Positions 9,017-17,834 of a stretch of 64,000 nucleotides of DNA are shown in pieces. The translations under genes and the position numbers were made by a program. Source of the DNA: Patescibacteria group bacterium (GTDB lineage: Bacteria; Patescibacteriota; Patescibacteriia; Patescibacteriales; UBA12465); the NCBI GenBank assembly GCA_041661685.1, contig JBAZTY010000003.1, positions 69,550 through 133,549 of the forward strand. Direction: 5' to 3'. Each line of letters starts with the position of its first letter. Positions within the stretch are counted from its first letter, which is position 1. A model generated the notes under the pieces. The model saw only the letters and a list, made by a program, of their open reading frames with translations. It had not been told where the DNA came from and made no database searches.

Positions 9017-10486
9017 TTAAAAAACTAACTTGCTATTTAAACTGACAATCGCTTCAATCTCATCCATGCTCAGATATTCCTGATTAGCAGCCTTGCGAGC
9101 TTCAGCTATCTGTTTCAGGGGCTGGCCTTTCGCGATTGCTTCTTGACCTAGACGCAGGTATAAACGGCTAACCGGACTCTGACGCCAAGCGCGAACGCCA
9201 GCAACCATCTTATCATAACCATCTTTCTCTAATAATTTTATTTTCGCGAAAACCTTAGAAGTTATTTCGGCTGGAGTCGTGCCGAGACGGCGGAAATTAA
9301 TTACATCCAAAAATTGCAATTCCTCAATCGGACCCATGACTTTCGGCATTGGCTTGATATCATGCATCTGCGGATGAGCGGCGGAGGAAGCAAGCGCTTG
9401 CTTGCCGGCTAAAGTACGGGCGGCAGCCATAGAAACTGGAGGCGTTGAAATAATCTTAGCGGCCGGAATAGCTGGAGCGAATTTAGGCGTAACAGGCGCA
9501 ACGGCTACAACTGGCGCGACTTCTTTATGCCCGCCAAAAAATTTCGTAAAGGCAGATTCATGCTTAACTGGAGCGATTTTAGGGGAAACAGGCGATATTT
9601 TCGGAGTGATTGGAACAATCGGAACGACCGGAGATACTTTCGGGGCGGTCGGAACAACAGGGGCTGGCGCAATCGGCTTAATTTCCGCAACTGGCTTATT
9701 CAAAACGACTGACTTAATTTCGGCTTTAACTTCCGGCTTAGGCAAATCTAACTGCGCCTCCGGCTTGGCTAATTCATGCTTCGTATCTAAAGGCGCTGGC
9801 ACGACAGACTTAGTCTCTCCTTTAGCTAGCGCTTGTTTTAAATTATATTCAGAACTTACCGGCGCAGCCTTATCAGCGCCGCCGATAATCTTATCTAATC
9901 GCGTCACCGGCGGCATGGAAACTGGAGCAGCTTGAGTAGTGACGGCTGGAGTAATCAATCCTTTAGAAATCCTGGTATCGCAGATCTTTAGGACGCGATC
10001 AATCTCCTCCGGGCTCAGATTCAGGCCTCCGATCTTAACGTCCTTAGATAAAGTATTACGCGTATCTATCTTACTCCTGATGCCGCGCGCGTACGTAGAA
10101 ACGATATTCTTAAAGCGGCTGATAGCGACAGCACTCGGCAGGACCAGACCCGCCTCTTTAATGACAACTTCAATATCCTTATCAAGATCTAAGGCGCGAA
10201 TCTCAGAAGTCAGTCCTAAATAATCAGCCATAGGCGCGAAGATCTTTTCCTTCAATTCTTTAACGAGCTGAGCGGCTGTTTCCGGGGTTAATAATAATTC
10301 TCCGGTCAAATAAGCTGGCAAATCCGAAAATTTCAGGCTCTTAACCATCAGTTTCATGATCACGATAGCTAAATCAACTTTATATTTCGTTTCTAATTCG
10401 GAAATAAGCGCCATCGCGGACGGCGAAGAAACCTGATCGCGCAGGTTTTTCGGAAGATTGTTGAATTGTTGTAAATAGTCGAACAT
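9017..10486 (-). CDS. Hypothetical protein with long Pro/Ala/Val-rich linker between two globular domains
   Basis: 489-aa ORF co-oriented and 5 bp from the PrgI-like gene. Confidence 0.75.
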   Translation of the reverse strand: MFDYLQQFNNLPKNLRDQVSSPSAMALISELETKYKVDLAIVIMKLMVKSLKFSDLPAYLTGELLLTPETAAQLVKELKEKIFAPMADYLGLTSEIRALDLDKDIEVVIKEAGLVLPSAVAISRFKNIVSTYARGIRSKIDTRNTLSKDVKIGGLNLSPEEIDRVLKICDTRISKGLITPAVTTQAAPVSMPPVTRLDKIIGGADKAAPVSSEYNLKQALAKGETKSVVPAPLDTKHELAKPEAQLDLPKPEVKAEIKSVVLNKPVAEIKPIAPAPVVPTAPKVSPVVPIVPITPKISPVSPKIAPVKHESAFTKFFGGHKEVAPVVAVAPVTPKFAPAIPAAKIISTPPVSMAAARTLAGKQALASSAAHPQMHDIKPMPKVMGPIEELQFLDVINFRRLGTTPAEITSKVFAKIKLLEKDGYDKMVAGVRAWRQSPVSRLYLRLGQEAIAKGQPLKQIAEARKAANQEYLSMDEIEAIVSLNSKLVF

Positions 10487-10536
10487 CTTTTTCTATTTTA
10501 ACATATTATGCCAAAAAGAGAAAGAAAAATAAGCGG

Positions 10537-11475
10537 CTAGAGAGTCGTTATCGGCCGGCTCTGAGTTATATAGAATTTGCCCTGTTTATAGGCCCATTCG
10601 ATGTCGCAGGGGAATTTATAATGCTTCTCGATACCGGCGCATATCTTGGCTAGTTCTACTATCTGGCGGCCATTCAATTTCTGCTTGGACTGTCCCGATT
10701 TAGCAATCGGAACCCATTTTGTTCCGCCGGCAGAGCCTTTGATAATCTGCTTGATCTGAGGAGCGACATTGATATCTACAAGAGAATAATCCCGCTTATC
10801 TAAAACATAAGCATCGGGAGTAATCGATCCGGAAACAATCGCTTCGCCCAAGCCATAACCGGCCTCAATTATCATCTGATTCTTGTCCTTCGTCACGGGA
10901 TGGACCGTAAAGGTAATGCCGGATATTTCCGAATCGACCATAACTTGGATCACGACCGCGACGCCGACTTTTGTCTTTAATAATTTCTTCTCGTGGCGAT
11001 AAAAGATGGCGCGGGGCGTGAATAACGAGGACCAGCATTTCTTAACATTGATCAATAGGGTCTTTTCTGTAGTATTTAAATACGTTTCTAATTCTCCGGC
11101 CCAAGAAGCCGACGAAGAATCTTCGGCCGTCGCGCTAGAGCGGACCGCAACGAACTTGGCTTTCAGTTTCTTAAAATCGCTGACAATATCTTTTTCTAAA
11201 TCAACTGGCATCTTGGCGGCGGCAATTAAGTTGCGAATTTTTGCGGAAGCGCCGTCGACGGAATTGATATCTTTATAATTTACTTTCTTTAGAATCGCTT
11301 CTAATTCTTGCGTTAGGTCAGTTTCAGCGAGAAAACGATTAAAAGCTGAGGCTAAAATAACGAAACCCGAAGGAACCGGAATCTTAGCTTTAGTCATTTC
11401 TCCAAGAGAAGCTCCCTTGCCTCCAGCTTCGGCAACAGAATTTTTAGTAATCCGACTAAATGGCTTAATATACAT
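10537..11475 (-). CDS. Stand-alone PEP synthase/PPDK N-terminal ATP-grasp (nucleotide-binding) domain
   Basis: AGGKGASLGE, VAVRSSATAED..ASWAG, GLGEAIVSG, DIEWA, QSRPITTL; lacks His-swivel and pyruvate-binding barrel. Confidence 0.9.
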   Translation of the reverse strand: MYIKPFSRITKNSVAEAGGKGASLGEMTKAKIPVPSGFVILASAFNRFLAETDLTQELEAILKKVNYKDINSVDGASAKIRNLIAAAKMPVDLEKDIVSDFKKLKAKFVAVRSSATAEDSSSASWAGELETYLNTTEKTLLINVKKCWSSLFTPRAIFYRHEKKLLKTKVGVAVVIQVMVDSEISGITFTVHPVTKDKNQMIIEAGYGLGEAIVSGSITPDAYVLDKRDYSLVDINVAPQIKQIIKGSAGGTKWVPIAKSGQSKQKLNGRQIVELAKICAGIEKHYKFPCDIEWAYKQGKFYITQSRPITTL

Positions 11476-11546
11476 ATCATTATTATTTACTTATATTAAT
11501 ATTAGCATAAAATAACCAAAAAATGTAATTAATCAGACTTAAATTA

Positions 11547-11575
11547 TTGACAAGATTACAATAATATTATAAAAT
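11547..11575 (+). promoter_or_regulatory. sigma70-type promoter of histidine phosphatase gene
   Basis: TTGACA-17bp-TAAAAT. Confidence 0.7.
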
Positions 11576-11655
11576 ATTAGAAATATTTAGAACTTTAATA
11601 ACAAACAAATCACCTCATAAACCTCTGGTCCCGTAGTTAACGGGTCTATTACTCG

Positions 11656-12255
11656 ATGAAAACTTTAGTAATAATCCGTCACGGACGGAAAGACGAAGAT
11701 GGAACTTTGGTCGATAAGGATCAGCTCGCTGAGATTGAAAACATCGGAATCGCCGGCTTGAATGATTTAGTCAAAAAACATCAAGGACTAGTCATCTTTC
11801 ATTTAGGTACCGCTATCGAAAGGACGGGGCAAACCATAAAAGCCTACGAAAGACATCTCGATATATCTAACGCGATTAATTCTTTCGGCGGCTACTTGCC
11901 GGCTGATGCCCGCTTAGGAAGCAATAAGATTTTTAAAGAATTCAGCGAGAATCCCGAAATCGTCAAAGAAGCGGAAAGGACTACTTGGTTCAATGCTTTT
12001 AGGAGATATAATCCGAAATTCATCGAGAAGATACAAATCAACATGCTCGATGCGATTACTGATATATTCTCGCGTGTCGATGACGGCAGCTTGGTTATCA
12101 GCGCTGGCCATACGCCCATGATCGAATGGCTCGCTCTCGGCATTGACGAGAACGACCATAAAATTTCTTGCAAAATTAAACTTAAGGAATTGACCGGCTT
12201 CATCTTTACTGAAGACAAGGGGCGCATCCAAGTTACAAGGACTATCGGGTTCTAA
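11656..12255 (+). CDS. Histidine phosphatase superfamily protein (SixA-like)
   Basis: IIRHG motif, 'ERTGQT', second His in 'SAGHTPMI'. Confidence 0.75.
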   Translation: MKTLVIIRHGRKDEDGTLVDKDQLAEIENIGIAGLNDLVKKHQGLVIFHLGTAIERTGQTIKAYERHLDISNAINSFGGYLPADARLGSNKIFKEFSENPEIVKEAERTTWFNAFRRYNPKFIEKIQINMLDAITDIFSRVDDGSLVISAGHTPMIEWLALGIDENDHKISCKIKLKELTGFIFTEDKGRIQVTRTIGF

Positions 12256-12280
12256 ATGAACCGAATTAAAGAAATTAAAG

Positions 12281-12308
12281 AAACCGACACCAAAAGTGCC
12301 GGTTTTTT
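12281..12308. terminator. Bidirectional terminator between convergent genes
   Basis: AAACCGACAC-CAAAA-GTGCCGGTTT followed by T run. Confidence 0.6.
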
Positions 12309-12311
12309 ATT

Positions 12312-14186
12312 TTATTTTATTATCCTCACTATTCCTTTATCCGCATCGACTTCGACGAGGTCGCCATCTTTCAGGACTTTAGTCGCGATCCTGGTGGCGA
12401 TGACGCAAGGCACGTTCATTTCACGAGCGACAATAGCCGCATGCGAAGTTACGCCGCCTTGGTCGGTCACGAAAGCTCCGGCTTTTTTCATAGCCGGCAA
12501 TAAATCCGGCTGCGTCGAGATAGAAACGAGGATATCCCCCTTCTTCATCTTTTCCATATCGCGGATAACATTAACGATCCGAACGATCCCCTTGGCTTGT
12601 CCGCGGCAACCGCATTGCCCTTTCAGCTCTGAAACTTCCCTGCTCTCGTCTTTCTGGATATATTTCTTGATTATCTGCTCGGCTGCACGGCCGCTATAAT
12701 AAACTTCGGTGTCTTTGGCCGTATAATACAAGCTGAGCTTAGCGCGAGATTTTATCTCTTCCTTGTCCGATTGATGATCGAACAGAGCTGCTTTTATCTC
12801 CTTCGAAGTCATGAATCTCGTTTCTTTCAGGCTCAAACCAATACGCCGAGCTATCTCCTCTAAGAAGAAAGTCGTCTTATAAAGAGCGAAGAGCTGGGCA
12901 TAGCGGCGATATATCTTCGTCACCATGAAATCGCCCCAGGCACCGAAAAAACGAGTCGTCTTTTTTGATAGGCTTATTTTTTTGATGAGAGCCTGTTTAT
13001 CTGCCAGTACCATCTTTATCTTTTTCTCTTGGTCTCCATAGGTTTTCTTGAGGTTATTGTCTCCATTAACCAAGCGGACTAACTCTTTCAGATAATGCTC
13101 AAAATTATAGACGCCCTGCTCTTCAGTATAAATGAACTTGGTATAGAAATACTTGGCATAATGCTTCTGCAGATCATTCAATATTTTCTTATTGATCCGG
13201 TTCTTGAGAGTCCGGACGACCTCCTCGAATTTATCCTCATACTCTTTACTATGAGTATACAGGCCGAGAAATTTAACATCTTCTTCTTTGAACTTCCTGA
13301 ATAATTCCTTGAAAATGGAAAATTGCTTAGGATCAGACTGGACAGCAATACCGATCTTAATCAGAGCATCTTGCTCTTCTTTCAAGAGCGAATCCTGTTC
13401 CGGCTGAGTAAGCAGGGCGAGATATTCCTCAATTTTCGCAGCCGGAGCCTTCAGTTCTCTTAGCATCTGCTTGCCGCGATTAGTCAGATTATCGCCGAAC
13501 ATGTCAGCGGCCACCGGGATCCAGCCCCATTGATAATATTCCTGATGCACTTCTTCATGCTCCTTATAGTAGCGCCACAGCTTCTCTGAAGATACCTTAT
13601 CCAGACCGCTTTCAGGAATCTTAGCGACCGTAGCGACTAGCTTATCGGCGAAAAGTCTTATCTGAGAATTAACCTCTTCCATGAAATCGACGTCGCTCTC
13701 GAACTTGTCGACTAAATGGTCGCCTACGGCTTGCGCGTCCTGCTTATCAAAATAGAACCAGAGATGATAGCCCCGATAAACGCAAGCTTGATGCTGATAA
13801 GCTTTCCCGCCTGGCTGAGCGAATTGATTCGTAAAGCAATAAAAAGGGATGGCCATGAACCAGGGGTTAGCGTTGATGATCTCTTCGGCTAACAGCCATT
13901 CACGATTAAATATCTTCTCGACTTCTGCGCCTTTATTCTTCTGGAAAAGATTGATAAGCTCCGGCCCGATCGCATAATCGGTATTGAAGGAATAGCTTTT
14001 CTTCCTATTTTTAAGTTCTTGCGCGATTATGCCTTCCTTAATCAGCTTATCCAGTTCGCGGGTGATATTGGCCGCATCTTTCTTGACAGCCTCTCTTATT
14101 TCTAAAAAATAAAAAGACCGCTTCGGGCTGGCGGTCAGAAGCATCAATATCTCATAAGCGGTCTGCGATTTGAATAGATTCTTCAT
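12312..14186 (-). CDS. Winged-HTH + helical central domain + PEP-utilizer His-swivel domain protein
   Basis: N-terminal ~80 aa wHTH-like (LEIREAVKKDAANITRELDKLIKEGII); C-terminal TDQGGVTSHAAIVARE; ATG 14186 preferred. Confidence 0.85.
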   Translation of the reverse strand: MKNLFKSQTAYEILMLLTASPKRSFYFLEIREAVKKDAANITRELDKLIKEGIIAQELKNRKKSYSFNTDYAIGPELINLFQKNKGAEVEKIFNREWLLAEEIINANPWFMAIPFYCFTNQFAQPGGKAYQHQACVYRGYHLWFYFDKQDAQAVGDHLVDKFESDVDFMEEVNSQIRLFADKLVATVAKIPESGLDKVSSEKLWRYYKEHEEVHQEYYQWGWIPVAADMFGDNLTNRGKQMLRELKAPAAKIEEYLALLTQPEQDSLLKEEQDALIKIGIAVQSDPKQFSIFKELFRKFKEEDVKFLGLYTHSKEYEDKFEEVVRTLKNRINKKILNDLQKHYAKYFYTKFIYTEEQGVYNFEHYLKELVRLVNGDNNLKKTYGDQEKKIKMVLADKQALIKKISLSKKTTRFFGAWGDFMVTKIYRRYAQLFALYKTTFFLEEIARRIGLSLKETRFMTSKEIKAALFDHQSDKEEIKSRAKLSLYYTAKDTEVYYSGRAAEQIIKKYIQKDESREVSELKGQCGCRGQAKGIVRIVNVIRDMEKMKKGDILVSISTQPDLLPAMKKAGAFVTDQGGVTSHAAIVAREMNVPCVIATRIATKVLKDGDLVEVDADKGIVRIIK

Positions 14187-14193
14187 ATATATA

Positions 14194-14227
14194 TGTCTTG
14201 AAGACAATAATTATTGTCTATAAGACA
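14194..14227. promoter_or_regulatory. Tandem palindromic operator boxes TGTCT-N3-AGACA
   Basis: Boxes at 14194-14206 and 14215-14227 (21-bp period); together they include the perfect palindrome AGACAATAATTATTGTCT. Confidence 0.65.
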
Positions 14228-14255
14228 ATATTATCACGGAAAATAATCCTGTCAA
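14228..14255 (-). promoter_or_regulatory. Internal promoter of the wHTH-His-swivel gene
   Basis: TTGACA-16bp-TAATAT with extended TG; the -35 overlaps the upstream stop codon. Confidence 0.6.
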
Positions 14256-15838
14256 CCTTTTTTCTTCTTCATTAAACGCACTATTCCCTGCTCCGCGTCC
14301 ATCTCTACCGAATCGCCATCGCGGAGAACTTTAGTCGCCACCTTAGTGCCGACGATACACGGAATCCTTAATTCTCTGGAAACGATAGCAGCATGGCAGG
14401 TAATGCCGCCAGCGTCAGTAATGATTGCCGCCGCCCTCTTCATAGCCGGAACCAAATCCGGCGTAGTTGCTATTGAGACCAAGATATCGCCCTTCTTCAT
14501 CTTAGGAATATCGCTAGGAATATTAATGACTTTGATCGCGCCCCTAGCCTTGCCAGGAAAAGCACAGTCACCCGACAGTGAATTGACATTCTTGATATTC
14601 TCTCTGATGATATTCAGGCGAGCTGATATCTTTCTCGCTTCTGCTCCGCTCACATTCAGATCATCCTTGAAATCCCCGACAGAATAATACAGATTGAACT
14701 TATATCTTTCATTCAAGATAGCAACATCAAAATTATTGCCCAAGAGGAGCTCCTTGAACTCATGCGGATAAAGATAGCGGACTTGGCGGATAGCCAGATA
14801 GCGGCGGCGGCCGATTTCCTTGAATAATCTCTCGACTATCGACCAGCTATGAAACATGGAATCCTTTCTAGCCCCCTTGGTAAACACGAGATTCCTAGCA
14901 AAAGCTAATATCTCTTCGTGCTTCTTATCTATCTTGAGGTCGCGGACTAATTTCTTCTGCCTATTCAATATTTCTTGCCGACCAGCTTTCACGCCTTGCA
15001 GGGACTTCTTGGGATTCACACCCTGCCTGACCAAACTTGATAAGATATCGATAAAATACTCTCTTCCCCAAGACGGCCCGACCATGCCATAACCGAGCCA
15101 GCCGAAAGCTTTGGCATGTCGGCTAATCATCAAATCTAATCTCTTATCTAATTTTGACAATTCCCTGTCAATATCTTCGACGCCATGCTTGGCAAAGATT
15201 TTCTTCAAAGCCGGCTTACTAATGATGTGCCCCAATATCGACAGAAGTTGTTTATATTCTTCAGAGGCCTTAGCGTCCCTAGTCGGCGTCGTGAGAGTAG
15301 AGAAAGCTTCACCCAAAGAATAGTCTTGACCGGCAATCCTATCTTTGAGGTAATTCCTCAGATATTTAGAGAGGATATTTTCCCCAAAATCAGCCGCCGT
15401 CTGCATCCAATGAAGGACATGCAAGCGGCTATAGATAGCATAGTATTCATCATAAACCTTGAATAATTCCTTGTCGGAGAGCTTGGTTAAATTTATCTTC
15501 TTCAAGCTGTCAGAGGCGCGATATAGTTCGCCTTCTGCTTTTTCAAGATCTTTAAAATAACGATCGCCCCATTTCTGGTTCTTCTTAATATTCTCCAATA
15601 GCTCCAAGCCGATCTCTTTGAATTCCTGCCGAGCCACTAGCAACTGGCAGATATTATCTTGAAAGATCATTGCCAGGCATGGCATCTTTCTTTTAAAGCC
15701 ATAACTTTTAAGAAACCTATTCGCCCGGGCCGTATTCCAAGCAATACCAGCCATCATTGGATAATAATTCGGCATTTCCTCCATACAGAAGAGTTCTTGG
15801 CGGCTGACGGAAATATTTTTACGCTTACGGCTGTTCAT
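14252..15838 (-). CDS. PEP-utilizer His-swivel domain protein with large N-terminal helical domain
   Basis: C-terminal TDAGGITCHAAIVSRELRIPC; no ATP-grasp domain. Confidence 0.85.
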   Translation of the reverse strand: MNSRKRKNISVSRQELFCMEEMPNYYPMMAGIAWNTARANRFLKSYGFKRKMPCLAMIFQDNICQLLVARQEFKEIGLELLENIKKNQKWGDRYFKDLEKAEGELYRASDSLKKINLTKLSDKELFKVYDEYYAIYSRLHVLHWMQTAADFGENILSKYLRNYLKDRIAGQDYSLGEAFSTLTTPTRDAKASEEYKQLLSILGHIISKPALKKIFAKHGVEDIDRELSKLDKRLDLMISRHAKAFGWLGYGMVGPSWGREYFIDILSSLVRQGVNPKKSLQGVKAGRQEILNRQKKLVRDLKIDKKHEEILAFARNLVFTKGARKDSMFHSWSIVERLFKEIGRRRYLAIRQVRYLYPHEFKELLLGNNFDVAILNERYKFNLYYSVGDFKDDLNVSGAEARKISARLNIIRENIKNVNSLSGDCAFPGKARGAIKVINIPSDIPKMKKGDILVSIATTPDLVPAMKRAAAIITDAGGITCHAAIVSRELRIPCIVGTKVATKVLRDGDSVEMDAEQGIVRLMKKKKG

Positions 15839-15851
15839 ATGTTTAGCAAAA

Positions 15852-17363
15852 TTATCTTATCCTCTTTATCACTTTTACTATTCCTTTTCTGGCGTCGACT
15901 TCTACTATATCGCCGTCTTTCAAAATTCGCGTAGCGATTTTTGTGCCGATAATGCAGGGAATCTTCATCTCCCTAGAGACGATAGCGGCATGGCAGGTGA
16001 CTCCGCCGGCATCAGTAATGATAGCGCTAGCGCGATTCATGGCCGGCACCAATGACGGATTAGTAGAAAAACTAACTAGAATATCACCTTTGTTAAATTT
16101 CTTAATATCGGCAACAGCATTGATAATCTTGACTGCGCCCCGCACGCGACCAGGAAAAGATACTTGGCCGGTAAAAATATCCACATTAGTCTTGATGAGT
16201 TTCGGCATCTGCATATATCTAACCATACTTTCAGCTTCTTTCCCTACCAAGACACGGCTTTTACCCTTAATAGTTACGAAAGCGGAAAGATGGAATCTCT
16301 CGGGCAATTCTTCAGCTCTCGGCCGGCGCCCAGAACGCAAGAATCCTCTAATTTCTTCTGGGGTCAAATATTTCGCTTGTGTCTGAGAACAGAAAAGACG
16401 GCGCCCTAATTCTGTAAACCATGAGCTCATCGCATAATTCAGATAATATATCTGCATCTCTTTGCGCAATTCCTTGATAAAAGAAAATTCGCGCAATAGG
16501 CGGATGTCATGACGGGCGGAAACCGATAACGAACTTTCAATCCTCTTCTGCCAAGCGCCTAATTTTTCCCTCTCTCGCTTATTAGCCGACAGGATCTTTC
16601 CCGCTTTATCTCCTGCCCTGCCTTTCAATAATTCGAAATAATACTCTGGTCCGGCAGCCTGGCCGTCATAATAATATTGCAGCCAGCCGAAGCGCCTAGA
16701 CAATGATTGCAGCTGGCGGCGCTGAGAAATATTATCCAGGTTAGCAAGCTTCGAAGCTCTTTTAAAGGCGCGCCATAGCTTCGGCTGTCTCTGCCAGCGC
16801 GCCAATAATCCCAAAGCTGCCTCAGCTTCACGGCGGACATAGGTGGCTTTGAGAGGAGTTAATAAGCGGCTAAAAATTACGCCAGGATCGCCAAAAGCAG
16901 ATAGCGAGCCGCGAATATTTTTCTCTACGAACACAGAATATTTATTATCGCCCATGTCCACATATTGCGGGATAGCAGACCAATCAGCTATCTCCAGCCA
17001 GATACGACAAAAATCGTCATAAATCTTGCTTAATCCACGCGGTGACATCTTTTTTAAATCTTTGTGCTTGAGGCTAGAGACAAATCGTTTAATTTTAGCA
17101 AAACCAATATAATGCTGCCGCACTATTTCTTCCGCCAAAGTTGAGTCAGCCTGCAAGCGCGGCAAAAAATAAGCGCCAGCGGCGGAAAATTGGCTAGCAT
17201 CCGGAGCCCAGAGCGCCTTACCTTCCTGAAAAATGAATATAGAATCGATAAATATCTTCCCTTTGGTCTTCAAACGCAGATCATAAAAAGTCTTATTCCA
17301 AAGGAGCCAAGGATGCGGCGGCACGTTATAATCTTCCGTAAAGAGAGTAAATTTTTTGGACAT
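15852..17363 (-). CDS. PEP-utilizer His-swivel domain protein with large N-terminal helical domain
   Basis: C-terminal TDAGGVTCHAAIVSREMKIPC; shares 'LTP', 'FGWL', 'YL.P.E' motifs with its neighbour. Confidence 0.85.
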   Translation of the reverse strand: MSKKFTLFTEDYNVPPHPWLLWNKTFYDLRLKTKGKIFIDSIFIFQEGKALWAPDASQFSAAGAYFLPRLQADSTLAEEIVRQHYIGFAKIKRFVSSLKHKDLKKMSPRGLSKIYDDFCRIWLEIADWSAIPQYVDMGDNKYSVFVEKNIRGSLSAFGDPGVIFSRLLTPLKATYVRREAEAALGLLARWQRQPKLWRAFKRASKLANLDNISQRRQLQSLSRRFGWLQYYYDGQAAGPEYYFELLKGRAGDKAGKILSANKREREKLGAWQKRIESSLSVSARHDIRLLREFSFIKELRKEMQIYYLNYAMSSWFTELGRRLFCSQTQAKYLTPEEIRGFLRSGRRPRAEELPERFHLSAFVTIKGKSRVLVGKEAESMVRYMQMPKLIKTNVDIFTGQVSFPGRVRGAVKIINAVADIKKFNKGDILVSFSTNPSLVPAMNRASAIITDAGGVTCHAAIVSREMKIPCIIGTKIATRILKDGDIVEVDARKGIVKVIKRIR

Positions 17364-17375
17364 ATTTTAATATTC

Positions 17376-17786
17376 CTAAACTCGGCAAAAACTCGACTTA
17401 TACTTTTCCGGATGATGAGCCTTTAGCCTTTTTATCTTACAGAAAAAGCGAAATCCGGCGATTTCGCTTTTTAATTGCGGCAAATCAACTTGCTGATCAT
17501 AGCCTAAGCAGATTATCTCCGGACGATATTTTTTCAGGATAAGCCAGCGGTTCTTAAGATTTCCTAAAACAGCCCTCCCTGTTATACCCAGCTCTTTAAG
17601 GGCGCGTCTAACCTTACGCTGGCGAGTCTTCTCGTCATCTTGCGGCGCACGTTTCTTAATCGCCAAGACATTCTTGTCGCGAGCAATTATGACTATCAGC
17701 TCATCGCCAAAAAGGCGGGCCTGTTTGAAATAATCCAAGTGCCCCGGATGGAGATTATCGAATGTTCCGAAAGTCATGACGCGCAT
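17376..17786 (-). CDS. HxGH cytidylyltransferase-family protein (archaeal FAD synthetase RibL-like)
   Basis: FGTFDNLHPGH, 'LGYDQ', C-terminal KSS. Confidence 0.8.
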   Translation of the reverse strand: MRVMTFGTFDNLHPGHLDYFKQARLFGDELIVIIARDKNVLAIKKRAPQDDEKTRQRKVRRALKELGITGRAVLGNLKNRWLILKKYRPEIICLGYDQQVDLPQLKSEIAGFRFFCKIKRLKAHHPEKYKSSFCRV

Positions 17787-17795
17787 AATAGAGAC

Positions 17796-17826
17796 AAAAC
17801 ACCACTCTTCACAGAGCGGTGTTTTT
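17796..17826 (-). terminator. Terminator-like hairpin after metK
   Basis: AAAACACCGCTCT-GTGA-AGAGTGGTGTTTT on minus strand. Confidence 0.65.
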
Positions 17827-17834
17827 ATTGTTCT

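Noticed and set aside
10537-11475. Truncated ppsA pseudogene
   Set aside because: ORF ends cleanly at the natural domain boundary (QSRPITTL-stop) with motifs intact, and no remnant of the remainder follows
11627-11646. GGTCCCGTAGTTAACGGG resembling a tRNA 5' end or att remnant
   Set aside because: No anticodon or T arm follows; explained as a short 5' UTR hairpin
12256-12699. Plus-strand 147-aa ORF and the many other short antisense/overlapping ORFs in the track
   Set aside because: Shadow frames of well-supported genes on the other strand, with no motifs of their own
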